A DNA stretch of 64,000 nucleotides from positions 857,252 through 921,251 of the forward strand of contig CAWJNX010000001.1 in the NCBI GenBank assembly GCA_963844395.1. The letters run 5' to 3'. Each line of letters starts with the position of its first letter. Position 1 is the stretch's first letter. A program made the position numbers and the translations under genes. Shown piece by piece: positions 9,053 through 17,482 of the stretch. This DNA comes from an uncultured Solirubrobacterales bacterium. Lineage in GTDB: Bacteria > Actinomycetota > Thermoleophilia > Solirubrobacterales > 70-9. Below the pieces are notes generated by a model, which saw only the letters and a program-made list of their open reading frames with translations, was not told the DNA's origin and made no database searches.

Positions 9053-10088
9053 TCAGAACAGCTGGTTCTCGCCGGCGAAGATCTCCGAGACCGAGTCGTC
9101 GGTGAAGATGCGGCGGATCGAGTCGGCGAAGGTCCCGGCAGTCGAGAGCACGGTGATGTTGTCGGGCGCCCCGGGGCGCAGCGGGATCGTGTCGGAGACG
9201 ACGATCCGCTCGATTCCGGAGTTCTCATAGGCGAGCCGCTCGTAGGCGGGGCCGGAGAAGACGCCGTGGGTGGCGCAGGCGATCACCCGCGCGGCCCCCT
9301 CGTCGCGCACCGTCTGGGCGGCGGCGCAGAGCGTGCCCGCGGTGTCGATCATGTCGTCAACCAGGACAGCGGTCTTGCCCTTGACGTCGCCGACCACGTA
9401 GCCGATCTCGGCGACCTGCTGGGCCGGCCGCTCCTTCTCCATCACCGCCCAGTGGGTGCCGATTCGGCGGGCGAAGTTGCGGGCCGTCTTGACCCGGCCG
9501 GCGTCGGGGGAGACGATCACCAGCTCCTCGGTCATGCGCTGGTCCGCGAACCACTGGGTCAACATCGGCATCGCCGTCATGTGGTCAACCGGGACGTGGA
9601 AGAAGCCCTGCACCTGGCCGGCGTGGAGGTCCATGGTGAGGACGCGGTCAACGCCGACCCCCTCCAGGCACTTGGCGACGATGCGGGCGGAGATCGGCTC
9701 CCGCGGCGCCGACTTCTTGTCCTGGCGGGCGTAGCCGTACCAGGGCAGCACGGCGATGATCCGGTGCGCGGACGCGCCCTGGGCGGCGTCGATCATCGTC
9801 AGCAGCTCCATCAGAGAGTCGTTCGGAGTCATCCCGCTGAGCTCGTTGGCGCAGGTCGAACTGGACCAGAAAGACGTCGGCGCCGCGAATCGACTCCTCA
9901 TAACGGCAGTAGACCTCGCCGTTGGCGAAGGTCGTCAGCGTCACCTGGCCGAGGTCGAGTTCGAGCTTCTTCGCCACTTTCGCGGCCAGCTCCATCGAGC
10001 TGCGGCCACCAAAGACCATCATCCGCTTCGAGTAGTCGTGCGGGATGGCGGTCGGCGCCAGGGCGGGGCTCTGCTCGATCGTGCTCAC
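9053..10088 (-). pseudogene. prs: Ribose-phosphate pyrophosphokinase interrupted by a 1-nt insertion near 9859-9860 (possibly sequence error)
   Basis: The N-terminal frame (10088 down) reads ...GEVYCRYEESIRGADVFLVQ. The C-terminal frame (9053..9901) reads STCANELSGMTPNDSLMELL...LPWYGYARQDKK...DLHAGQVQGFF.... The two join if one T of GTCCAGTTCGACC is removed. Confidence 0.85.
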
Positions 10089-11476
10089 TCCTCCTCCTCA
10101 GGAATCTCGGCGGCCTTGCGCTCGGCGTAGCCCTCGATGTTTCGCTGGTCGTTGTCGCTCACCGCTAGCGCTCCGTCGGGAACGTCCCGCTTGATCACTG
10201 CACCGGCGCCAGTGTAGGCGGCGTCCCCGACTTCTACCGGTGCAATCAGCATCGTGTCAACGCCGAGTCGCGCATCCTTGCCGATCACCGTCCGGTGCTT
10301 GCGGAATCCGTCGTAGTTGGCGGTGATCGTGCCGGCGCCGAGGTTCGTGCCCTCACCGATGTCCGCGTCGCCGACATAGGCGAGGTGCGGGACTTTGGCA
10401 CCCTCGCCGAGCCGCGAGTTCTTAATCTCGACGAAGCTGCCGGCCTTGGCGCCGTGCTCGAGGTGGGCGCCGGGCCGCAGGTAGGCGAAGGGGCCAACGT
10501 CGCAGCCGTCGAGTACGTCGCACTCGACCAGGTAGGAGTGCGGTGCGCTGACGCCCTCGCCGAGGCGGGTGTCGATCAGCGTGGTCAGTGGGCCGACGAC
10601 CGAGTCGGCGCCGATCTCGGTGCGGCCGCGCAGGGTCGTACCCGGCTCGATCCGGGCGTCGGCGGCGATCGCCACGTCGGCGTCGAGCCAGGTCGAGGCG
10701 GGGTTAACCACGGTGACCCCAGCGAGCATGTGGGCGTCGAGAATTTGGCGGCGTGCCTCGGCCTCGACCGCGGCCAGCTCGATCCGGGTGTTGACGCCCA
10801 TGGTCGCACCCAGATCGTCAGCCGGATAGGTGGCGACCGAGCGACCGTTTGCGCGCAGGATCGAGAAGACGTCGGTGAGGTAGTACTCGCCCTGGCTGTT
10901 CTCGTTGGAGATCTCGCCGAGCGCGGTAGCGAGCAGCGTCGCGTCGAAGACATAGGTGCCGGCATTGACCTCGCGGAGTGCCATCTCCTCGGGGCTGGCG
11001 TCAGCCGTCGATTTGGCCTCGACCACTCGCTCGAACTCGCCGTCGGCGTCACGCACGACTCGGCCGTAGGCGCCCGGCTCGTCGAGCTCAATCGTCAGCA
11101 TCGTCGCCCCGGCCTTCGCTTCGCGGTGGACCGACAGCATGCCGGCGATCGTTTTGGCCGAGAGCAGCGGGTGGTCGCCGGAGAGGACGACGACGGTCTC
11201 CGATGCGCGGATCGCGTCGAGGGCAGCGCGCAGTGCACCCCCCGTACCGTCGGGCTCGGGCTGGACCACCATCTCGACGCCGTTCGGTAGGCCAGTCGAG
11301 ATGTCGTGCTTAGGCGAGACGATCGCGACTACCCGACCGGCGCCGGCCTCGCGCGCGGCGAGGATCGGCCAGGCGACCATCGGCCGCCCGCAGACGGGAT
11401 GGAGCATCTTTGGCAGCGAGGAGCGCATGCGCGTGCCCTCGCCCGCCGCCATGACGAGCACTAGGGGAGAACTCAC
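10085..11476 (-). CDS. glmU: Bifunctional UDP-N-acetylglucosamine pyrophosphorylase / glucosamine-1-phosphate N-acetyltransferase
   Basis: 463 aa. The N-terminus is LVMAAGEGTRMRSSLPKMLHP and the C-terminus has left-handed beta-helix hexapeptide repeats. It has a GTGA overlap with the prs start. Confidence 0.95.
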   Translation of the reverse strand: MSSPLVLVMAAGEGTRMRSSLPKMLHPVCGRPMVAWPILAAREAGAGRVVAIVSPKHDISTGLPNGVEMVVQPEPDGTGGALRAALDAIRASETVVVLSGDHPLLSAKTIAGMLSVHREAKAGATMLTIELDEPGAYGRVVRDADGEFERVVEAKSTADASPEEMALREVNAGTYVFDATLLATALGEISNENSQGEYYLTDVFSILRANGRSVATYPADDLGATMGVNTRIELAAVEAEARRQILDAHMLAGVTVVNPASTWLDADVAIAADARIEPGTTLRGRTEIGADSVVGPLTTLIDTRLGEGVSAPHSYLVECDVLDGCDVGPFAYLRPGAHLEHGAKAGSFVEIKNSRLGEGAKVPHLAYVGDADIGEGTNLGAGTITANYDGFRKHRTVIGKDARLGVDTMLIAPVEVGDAAYTGAGAVIKRDVPDGALAVSDNDQRNIEGYAERKAAEIPEEEE

Positions 11477-11516
11477 CCGCGAATCGTAATGCCGCGAGGG
11501 AGGGGGCGGGCACCCT

Positions 11517-11589
11517 TTCCGTTTGCTGGGTTTTCGCTACCAGCGGGCGGAGAGAGGGTGGGGCAGCCTTCCGTTTGCTGGGTTTTCGC
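11517..11589. repeat. Perfect 21-nt direct repeat (ttccgtttgctgggttttcgc) at 11517-11537 and 11569-11589
   Basis: Read directly from the sequence. The flanking G-rich segments (gggcggg cacc / ggtggggcagcc) are also similar. Confidence 0.85.
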
Positions 11590-11665
11590 CGTCAGCGCCG
11601 CCGTTTCTCTTTGGTCTTGGGGCGAAAACAGGACGCCGCGCACTCCAGGCTGCCCCACCCTCTCT
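11551..11665. repeat. Long composite hairpin with a 19-bp perfect outer stem and a 9-bp inner stem
   Basis: agagagggtggggcagcct (11551-11569) pairs with aggctgccccaccctctct (11647-11665). gttttcgcc (11582-11590) pairs with ggcgaaaac (11621-11629). Confidence 0.8.
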
Positions 11666-11681
11666 CACTGCTTCATCAGGG

Positions 11682-11784
11682 CCTGACGCGTCTGGGGCAA
11701 GCAGGCCAAGGACGCAGGGAGCGTGGCGTGCTCTGCACGCGAGCGACCGAGGACGCCGGCATGCGCCGCCCCAGGCGCGTCAGG
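11682..11784. repeat. 17-bp inverted repeat (1 mismatch) enclosing about 69 nt, overlapping the hdeD-like stop
   Basis: cctgacgcgtctggggc (11682-11698) pairs with gccccaggcgcgtcagg (11768-11784). It may be a terminator for the upstream minus-strand gene. Confidence 0.6.
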
Positions 11785-12418
11785 TGCGGGAGAGGTCTTT
11801 GCCTAGAAGGGCTGCTGCGGTGAGGGTCCAGCCGGCGAAGATCAGGTCTATGCCTACTAGTAGGCCGATTGCCCAGTCGGCGGAGCTGGGGAACTCGGCT
11901 AGTACGAGGATGCCGATCAGGAGGCTGGCTACGCCGTTGAGGCCTAGTAGGCCGGCGTTTTGCTGGCCGCGTGAGGCGAAGGCGATGGCGGTTCGCGTCG
12001 CGCCCATGAAGAGAAAGTAGAGGCCGAGGACGAGGGTCAAGGTCAGGGTGCCGTTGTCGGGCTCGATTACCAGCCAGAAGCCGACCAGCAGCGTGAGCAG
12101 TGCCCAGAGCAGCCGCAGTAGGACGGTGCCGAGCGAGTGTGCCGTGAAAGCGCCGGCGATCATGACGGCGCCGACGAAGATCAATACCCAGCCGATGAAG
12201 ATCGCCGTCCCCACCGAGGCGACAGCCGGCACCAGGATCGCGAAGCAGCCGGTGAGGATCGCCAGCACCCCGATCGCCAGCAGAGCCTTCCAGCTGCGAG
12301 CCAGTCCGTCACGCACTTCAGGGTCCAGCGCAGCTCCTCCCATCTCCATGCGGATGACCCTAAGTGCTCGCTCGGACGCGACCCACCATGGCCGATGCGG
12401 CGACGTCTTCCGGGGCAC
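11780..12418 (-). CDS. HdeD/DUF308-family membrane protein
   Basis: It has repeated DUF308-like TM pairs (SWKALLAIGVLAILTGCFAIL...). The true start may be the internal ATG near 12349. Confidence 0.7.
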   Translation of the reverse strand: MPRKTSPHRPWWVASERALRVIRMEMGGAALDPEVRDGLARSWKALLAIGVLAILTGCFAILVPAVASVGTAIFIGWVLIFVGAVMIAGAFTAHSLGTVLLRLLWALLTLLVGFWLVIEPDNGTLTLTLVLGLYFLFMGATRTAIAFASRGQQNAGLLGLNGVASLLIGILVLAEFPSSADWAIGLLVGIDLIFAGWTLTAAALLGKDLSRT

Positions 12419-12427
12419 TTCGGGCCC

Positions 12428-13180
12428 TTACCTTTTGGCCGCTTCTCGTTCGTTCTGTCGCTCGTAGAAGCGCACCCACTTGCGCACGGCGTTGTCGGAG
12501 ACGCCGTATTTGCGACCGACCGCTACCCAGCCGCTTGCCTCGACTTCCGCCAACAGTCGTTTGCAGGGCGGCCGCTCGGTTCGACGCTGGTCGAGCTGAG
12601 ACCTCCCGCGCAGTACCGATCGGTCCCATTTCATCCCGCATTCTCGCGAGCAATATCGGTGGTTTCGGTATTTGGCGAAAAACTCCCGCGCACACCGCTT
12701 ACAAGACCGCTCGATGGGCCGTCGGCGATTTTTACGGCCGCAATGGGTGTCGAGGGTTGCCGCGCAATTGGGACACACAACTCGGAGGTTCTCAATTCGA
12801 TTGTCGTCCGGAATGCCATTAATGTGATCAAGGATCAACGACATGCTGCGTCCGCGCCAGTTTTCGTCCTGACCGCACAGCTCGCAGATCCTTTCCTTCA
12901 AGCCCTCGCCAAACAACCGCTCCTTGAGCTTGCCACGCGAATAAGTCGAGCCTTGAATGAGAACCTCCGCCAGCGGCTTCGCCGCTTTGTTCAGGTTCCG
13001 ATTTGCGGCAGCTCCGGGATCGAAGTGATCCGTCGGAATCCTCCAAACCTCATTCACCCATCTCTTCAGCAACGCATGATTGCCCCCTGCCGGGCGCATC
13101 CCCAGCCGACGCAGTGTCTCGCTGTACGACTTCGATCTGGCAACCGCAGCCGACGCCTCCTCCTTTGTGTACCGTGGCAT
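12428..13180 (-). CDS. HNH endonuclease with a C-terminal zinc-ribbon/HTH region
   Basis: I trimmed the ORF to the ATG at 13180 (MPRYTKEEASAAV...). It has the HNH core CELCGQDENW...LILDHINGIPDDNRIENLRVVCPNCAATL, then CKRCAREF...YCSRECG. Confidence 0.8.
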   Translation of the reverse strand: MPRYTKEEASAAVARSKSYSETLRRLGMRPAGGNHALLKRWVNEVWRIPTDHFDPGAAANRNLNKAAKPLAEVLIQGSTYSRGKLKERLFGEGLKERICELCGQDENWRGRSMSLILDHINGIPDDNRIENLRVVCPNCAATLDTHCGRKNRRRPIERSCKRCAREFFAKYRNHRYCSRECGMKWDRSVLRGRSQLDQRRTERPPCKRLLAEVEASGWVAVGRKYGVSDNAVRKWVRFYERQNEREAAKR

Positions 13181-13247
13181 ACCGAAATAGTAAGCGCGCC
13201 CTCGGACATTTTGGAGGATGGGTCCGCACGGTAAGGTCGGGGGACAA

Positions 13248-13320
13248 TCCGGGGTGGTGTAGCTGGTTAGCACTTCTGGTTTTGGTCCAGACAGCGGGGG
13301 TTCGAATCCTCCCCCCGGAA
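13248..13320 (+). tRNA. tRNA-Gln (anticodon UUG)
   Basis: Hand-folded cloverleaf. The acceptor stem is TCCGGGG/CCCCGGA, the D arm is GTGT-AGCTGGTTA-GCAC, the anticodon arm is TCTGG-TTTTGGT-CCAGA (anticodon TTG at 13282-13284), and the T arm is GGGGG-TTCGAAT-CCTCC. The discriminator is A. It is 73 nt with no encoded CCA. Confidence 0.9.
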
Positions 13321-13369
13321 CTCAGTTCGCTCGGGAAGCCAGCGGCACCAAGCGCATCGCTCCGACCCA

Positions 13370-14581
13370 CTACTCCTCCGAGCTGCGCGGGACCTTGCCG
13401 CCTTTGGCGCCTGGCTCCAGCGCCGGGCCTCGGGGTGAGGCTATGCCGAGGACTCGCATCGCCTTCAGACCGAGGCCCAGCTTCTCGCGGCCCTCGGTGG
13501 CGGAAACGTCGTGGCCGCAGAGCTCGCGGACGCGCTCGAGGCGATAGCGGATCGTGTGGCGGTGGGTGAAGAGCTGTTTGGCGGTGGCGGCGACGTTGCC
13601 GTCGTTGCCTAGGTATGCCTCAACGGTCGCCACCAGCTCGGTCTCGTACTGCTCGTCGTAGGCGGCGAGCGGCTCGATCGTCTCCGCATAGAAGCGTTCC
13701 AGCTCGCCCGGGTCCTCGCTCATCGCCGGCAGCAGCAGGCGGTAGGCGCCGGTGTCCTCGAAGGCGAGCAGGGCGCGGCCCTCCGCTTCGCCGACGTTGA
13801 CGGCGAGGCGTGCCTCGTTGCCAGCCCGGTAGAGATCGACCGGGTCAGCGACACGGCGACTGGCGCCGATCGTCAGGTGGAAGGCCGGCAGGGCGTCCTC
13901 CAGCTCGCGCGAGAGGCCGGCGATGGCGCGGGCCAGCCGCTCGTCGTCCTCGGCCGGAGCGATCACGGCGATCTCCGCCGCCGTCTCGCCGGCCTCCGCG
14001 GTCGCCAGGGCGCCGGGAGCGAGCGAACGCAGCGTACGCATCGCCAGGTTCAGCACCCGCGCCCGCCACTCGCCGGTCTGGGCGGCACGCGGCGCGGCGC
14101 GGACGAGGATCGCTCCCGCACCCTTCTCGAGGTCGGCGCCCAGCTCGGCCCCACGGGCGACGATGTCACCGCGGTCGGTGACCTCCCGCCCGAAGACGGC
14201 GGCGACGAAGACTCCCGCCACCTCCTCGCTCTCCCAGTCGGGAGCGCGGGAGCGCTCCAGCTCGAGGGCCAGCAGCGTCGTCACCATCCGCGCCATTGCC
14301 GGGTCGGGAGCGGTGGCAGCGCGGTAACGGAGCTCACCAACGGCTGCATCGGCGACGCGCAGCTCGACTTCCGTCACCTTCTCCCCCCCGGCCAGCAGCT
14401 TCTTCTCCTGATCCGGCGAGGCGCCGGCCACCGCAAGCACCGCGCCCGAGCGGTCGATCAGCGCCACGCTGGCATCGAGCACCCGCGCCGCGGCCCGCGC
14501 CACCGCCGGCAGGCCGGCCCCGGACTCGACCGCCTCCGAGAGGGCATCGAGCGTGTTGGCTTGCTTGGAAACCGCATCCAT
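13370..14581 (-). CDS. PucR/CdaR-family transcriptional regulator
   Basis: 403 aa. The C-terminus carries the PucR HTH ...NVAATAKQLFTHRHTIRYRLERVRELCG. Confidence 0.85.
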   Translation of the reverse strand: MDAVSKQANTLDALSEAVESGAGLPAVARAAARVLDASVALIDRSGAVLAVAGASPDQEKKLLAGGEKVTEVELRVADAAVGELRYRAATAPDPAMARMVTTLLALELERSRAPDWESEEVAGVFVAAVFGREVTDRGDIVARGAELGADLEKGAGAILVRAAPRAAQTGEWRARVLNLAMRTLRSLAPGALATAEAGETAAEIAVIAPAEDDERLARAIAGLSRELEDALPAFHLTIGASRRVADPVDLYRAGNEARLAVNVGEAEGRALLAFEDTGAYRLLLPAMSEDPGELERFYAETIEPLAAYDEQYETELVATVEAYLGNDGNVAATAKQLFTHRHTIRYRLERVRELCGHDVSATEGREKLGLGLKAMRVLGIASPRGPALEPGAKGGKVPRSSEE

Positions 14582-14638
14582 TCCCCAATTATCGGCTAGA
14601 GGCCTCGGTGCCGGAGACCAAGCCAGAGGGTGACGGGT

Positions 14639-14671
14639 GAGCGCCCAGGTAGTGGTGCTACCTGAGCGCTC
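14639..14671. terminator. 14-bp stem hairpin (1 mismatch) between the small membrane gene and pucR
   Basis: gagcgcccaggtag (14639-14652) pairs with ctacctgagcgctc (14658-14671) around the loop tggtg. There is no U-tract, so it could equally be an operator. Confidence 0.3.
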
Positions 14672-14710
14672 GCACGGTGCACTCTGGCGCCGGTATCCGG
14701 CGGCGAGGCC

Positions 14711-14989
14711 TCAGCCGAGCAGTTCGGCGATGTCGTTGTAGTAGTAGACGACGGCGAGGCCGACCACGACCCCGGTCAGAACCAGGGCAAGGAGGACGAT
14801 CACCGAGAGGACGCCGGCCACTGCCTTCTCCCAGAGCCGTCCGTAGGAGCCGACGGCGGGGACGAGGATCAGGGCGACGAAGGCGACAAGGCTGACCGCC
14901 GCGGCGGCGCCGAAAAGCACGTACTCATCTTCGATCTTCTGCAGGGCGAGCGGGATCTCTTGCAACGCGAGTCGAAGCACGGGGCTCAT
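14711..14989 (-). CDS. Small two-TM membrane protein (hypothetical)
   Basis: The internal ATG at 14989 gives MSPVLRLALQEIPLALQKIEDEYVLFGAAAAVSLVAFVALILVP...VLLALVLTGVVVGLAVV. It overlaps the PAP2 tail in another frame. Confidence 0.35.
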   Translation of the reverse strand: MSPVLRLALQEIPLALQKIEDEYVLFGAAAAVSLVAFVALILVPAVGSYGRLWEKAVAGVLSVIVLLALVLTGVVVGLAVVYYYNDIAELLG

Positions 14990-16463
14990 TCTGTCGCAAC
15001 GCGGAGATGACGAGGGCGACGGCCGCGCAGAGCGAGAAGGCGGCCGCGCCAAGTGCCCAGCCGGCATTGACGTCGCTCAGGTAGTGGACGTCGAGATAGA
15101 CGCGCGAGAGGCCGACTGCGGCGGTCAACGCGATCCCGACAACGACCACCGCGGCGCCGCGCGTCATCCCGGTGCGCAACCGCATCACGATCGTCACCGC
15201 CAGCCAGACGTAGAAGGTCGAGTAGGCGGCATGGCCGCTGGGGAAGGAGGAGCCCGTGGCATCGACTAAGCCACCGTCCGGGCGGGGGCGGTCGATCGCG
15301 TCCTTGATCTCGTGGACGCCGGCGAAGGTGAGGCCGATTCCCACCGCGAGCACGCCCAGCTCGGCCCAGCGTTAACGGACGGCAAGCAATGCGCCGCAGA
15401 CAGCCGCGAGCGGCAGGACGAGGGCCGAGGAGCCGAGCACCGTGACGGCCTTGGCGACGTCGACCAGCCAGGCCGTGCGCAGGCTGTTGACGACGTCGAT
15501 CGCGGTCATGTCCCCGGGAGTCGGGCCGGCGTCGCCGCTGACGATCGACGCGTAGGCGACGAGAACGAAGCCGGCGACCGCGAGCGTCGCCATCAGCGTG
15601 GTGAACTCCAGCCCGAAGGTGCCGCCCGGCGTGACGCGGGCCCAGAGGAAGCGCAGCTGCGGCTGGAAGCGACGCCCGAGCACGACCGGCCAGCGAGCCA
15701 CCGCATGTCCCTCCATCCAGCGCACCGCGGCACGCCGGTTCTCCGCAACCCGAAGGCGGCGGTAGAGGAAGATCGAGCCGACGGTGACGGCGATCAGGGT
15801 GCCGAGCAGGAACGCCCCTCGACCCGCGTACTTGGCGGCGGTGTCGATGCTACGTGAGAAGACGTAGCCGATCAGGATGTGCGCCGAGGACCAGATTCCG
15901 GTGCCGAGGATGCTGTAGGGGACGAAGGCGCGGTAACGCATCCCCGAGCCGCCGGCGATGAACGGCGCCAGGGCGCGGACGATGCCGACGAAGCGGCCGA
16001 TGAAGATCGTCTTGCCTCCGTGGCGGGAGAAGTAGTCCTCGACCCCTTCGAAGCGCTCGTGGCCGAGTCCGAAGCGGGGCCCGTGTCGGAGCACGAAGTC
16101 GCGGCCGAGGCGGCGGCCGACCAGGAAGCTCGTCGTGTCCCCCGCCCAGGCGGCGAACCAGGCGATCGCGATCAGGATGTACACGTCGATTGCGCCCTGA
16201 CCGGCGACCGCACCGCCAAGCAGCATCACCGTCTCACCAGGGACGACGAGGCCGACGAAAGCGCCGGTCTCGGCGAAGGCGAAGACGCCGACCAGCAGGT
16301 AGGTCCAGGCGCCGAGCGTGTTGGAGACGTCCTCGAGCAGCTGCTGGAGGTCGTCGTGGGGGATGACGCGGCTGATCAGGTAGTAGCCGGCGGCGATCGC
16401 GGCGGCGATCGCGACGAGCACGACGCGCCGACGGCGGCGATCCTCTGGGAGCTGGAGTTTCAT
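14925..16463 (-). pseudogene. DedA-family / PAP2-phosphatase fusion protein interrupted by an in-frame TAA at 15372-15374
   Basis: ORFs 15372..16463 (DedA: ...FAETGAFVGLVVPGE...) and 14925..15353 (PAP2: KDAIDRPRP, PSGH, SRVYLDVHYLSD) are in the same frame. They are separated only by ...LAVR-TAA-RWAELGVLAV..., which falls inside the PAP2 TM domain. Confidence 0.75.
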
Positions 16464-16476
16464 TGGGCGAAGGCTC

Positions 16477-17379
16477 TCAAGGGGCGCGGCCAGCCTCGCA
16501 GACGATGGCGTCGTCGCGGCCGAGGCTCGCCGCCGCCCGGGTTGCCCCGACCAGGGTCGGGAAGAGGCCGACGGCGGTCGGCCCGGAGCCACTCATGAAG
16601 ACGAGTGGGGTGTCGGACTCGCTGTCGGCGCCGGCGGCGCGGAGGGCGTCGATCGCCGCGCCGATCTCGGGACGCAGCGAGCGGGCCGCCGGCTCGAGGT
16701 CGTTGACGAGGAGGTCCCCGTAGGAGAGCGGCGAGGCGCCGGTGCCGGCCGCATCGCGCAGTTGCGCCGCGAGGCTTTCCAGGGCCCCGGTCTCCCGACC
16801 CAGCCCAAGTCGATCGGCCTCGGCGAAGACCGCCGCGGTGCTTAGCCCTCCCCCACCCGGCAAAAGCACGACCGCATGCGGCGCGGGATCGGGCAGCCGC
16901 TCGACCCGCTCGCCCGCGCCCAACACAAGCGAGAGAGCCGGGACGAGCTGCGACGGCACGTCGGCGCCGAGCTCGGCGGCAATCGAGAGTACGTCACGGA
17001 CGCGACTCTCACCGGCCGAAATCTCTTCGCCGGCGATCGACTCGAGAGCGGGAAGATCGCCGCTGGCAAGGCGCAGGACCGCGGCGGCGTCGGCGCTGCC
17101 GCCTCCCAAGCCGGCGGCTACGGGGATCCGCTTCTCGATCTCGATCCGCAGCGGCGGCCGCTCCCAACCCCGCTCCCGCAGTGCCACCAGCGCCCGCGTG
17201 ACCAGGTTTTCGCCCTCGACGCCGGCGCAGACGACTTCGTCTTGCCCCGCCTCGGAGACCTCGATCGGGTCGGCCAGCGTCAGCGGCTCGAACAGTGAGC
17301 AGAGCTCGTGCAGGCCGTCCTTGCGGCGCGGCCCGAGGAAGAGGCAGAGGTTGAGCTTGGCGGGGGCGAGTATGCGCAT
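16477..17379 (-). CDS. ispE: 4-diphosphocytidyl-2-C-methyl-D-erythritol kinase
   Basis: I trimmed the ORF to the ATG at 17379. It reads MRILAPAKLNLCLFLGPRRKDGLHEL... and has the GHMP motif IPVAAGLGGGSADAAA. Confidence 0.9.
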   Translation of the reverse strand: MRILAPAKLNLCLFLGPRRKDGLHELCSLFEPLTLADPIEVSEAGQDEVVCAGVEGENLVTRALVALRERGWERPPLRIEIEKRIPVAAGLGGGSADAAAVLRLASGDLPALESIAGEEISAGESRVRDVLSIAAELGADVPSQLVPALSLVLGAGERVERLPDPAPHAVVLLPGGGGLSTAAVFAEADRLGLGRETGALESLAAQLRDAAGTGASPLSYGDLLVNDLEPAARSLRPEIGAAIDALRAAGADSESDTPLVFMSGSGPTAVGLFPTLVGATRAAASLGRDDAIVCEAGRAP

Positions 17380-17482
17380 TCGGTGTGGGGCCTGTCCCGG
17401 GAGGGGTTCGCTCAACTTTTTCTGAAGACGGTCATCGGCTGTCCGCAAGCCGCAGCGCAGAAAAAGTACAAGCCGCTCACCC

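Noticed and set aside
9840-9880. Programmed ribosomal frameshifting in prs (and in the other split genes).
   Set aside because: There is no slippery heptamer or downstream structure at any junction. Six similar single-base lesions in unrelated genes argue for error or decay rather than recoding.
11489-12020. ORFs 11473..11658(-), 11489..11686(+) and 11523..12020(+) have repeated peptide motifs. There is also a superficial CRISPR-like look (gttttcgcc ... ggcgaaaac).
   Set aside because: The peptides simply mirror the DNA direct and inverted repeats. There are only two direct copies with one spacer, and no array or cas genes, so this is not a CRISPR locus.
15372-15374. Stop-codon readthrough or selenocysteine at the DedA-PAP2 TAA.
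   Set aside because: The codon is TAA, not TGA, and no SECIS-like element was noticed. Readthrough of TAA is not an established mechanism in bacteria.
17415-17467. A 10-bp A/T-rich inverted repeat (actttttctg / cagaaaaagt) between rsmA and ispE.
   Set aside because: The arms are 33 nt apart with no supporting inner pairing and no adjacent U-tract. I cannot distinguish an attenuator or terminator from chance.
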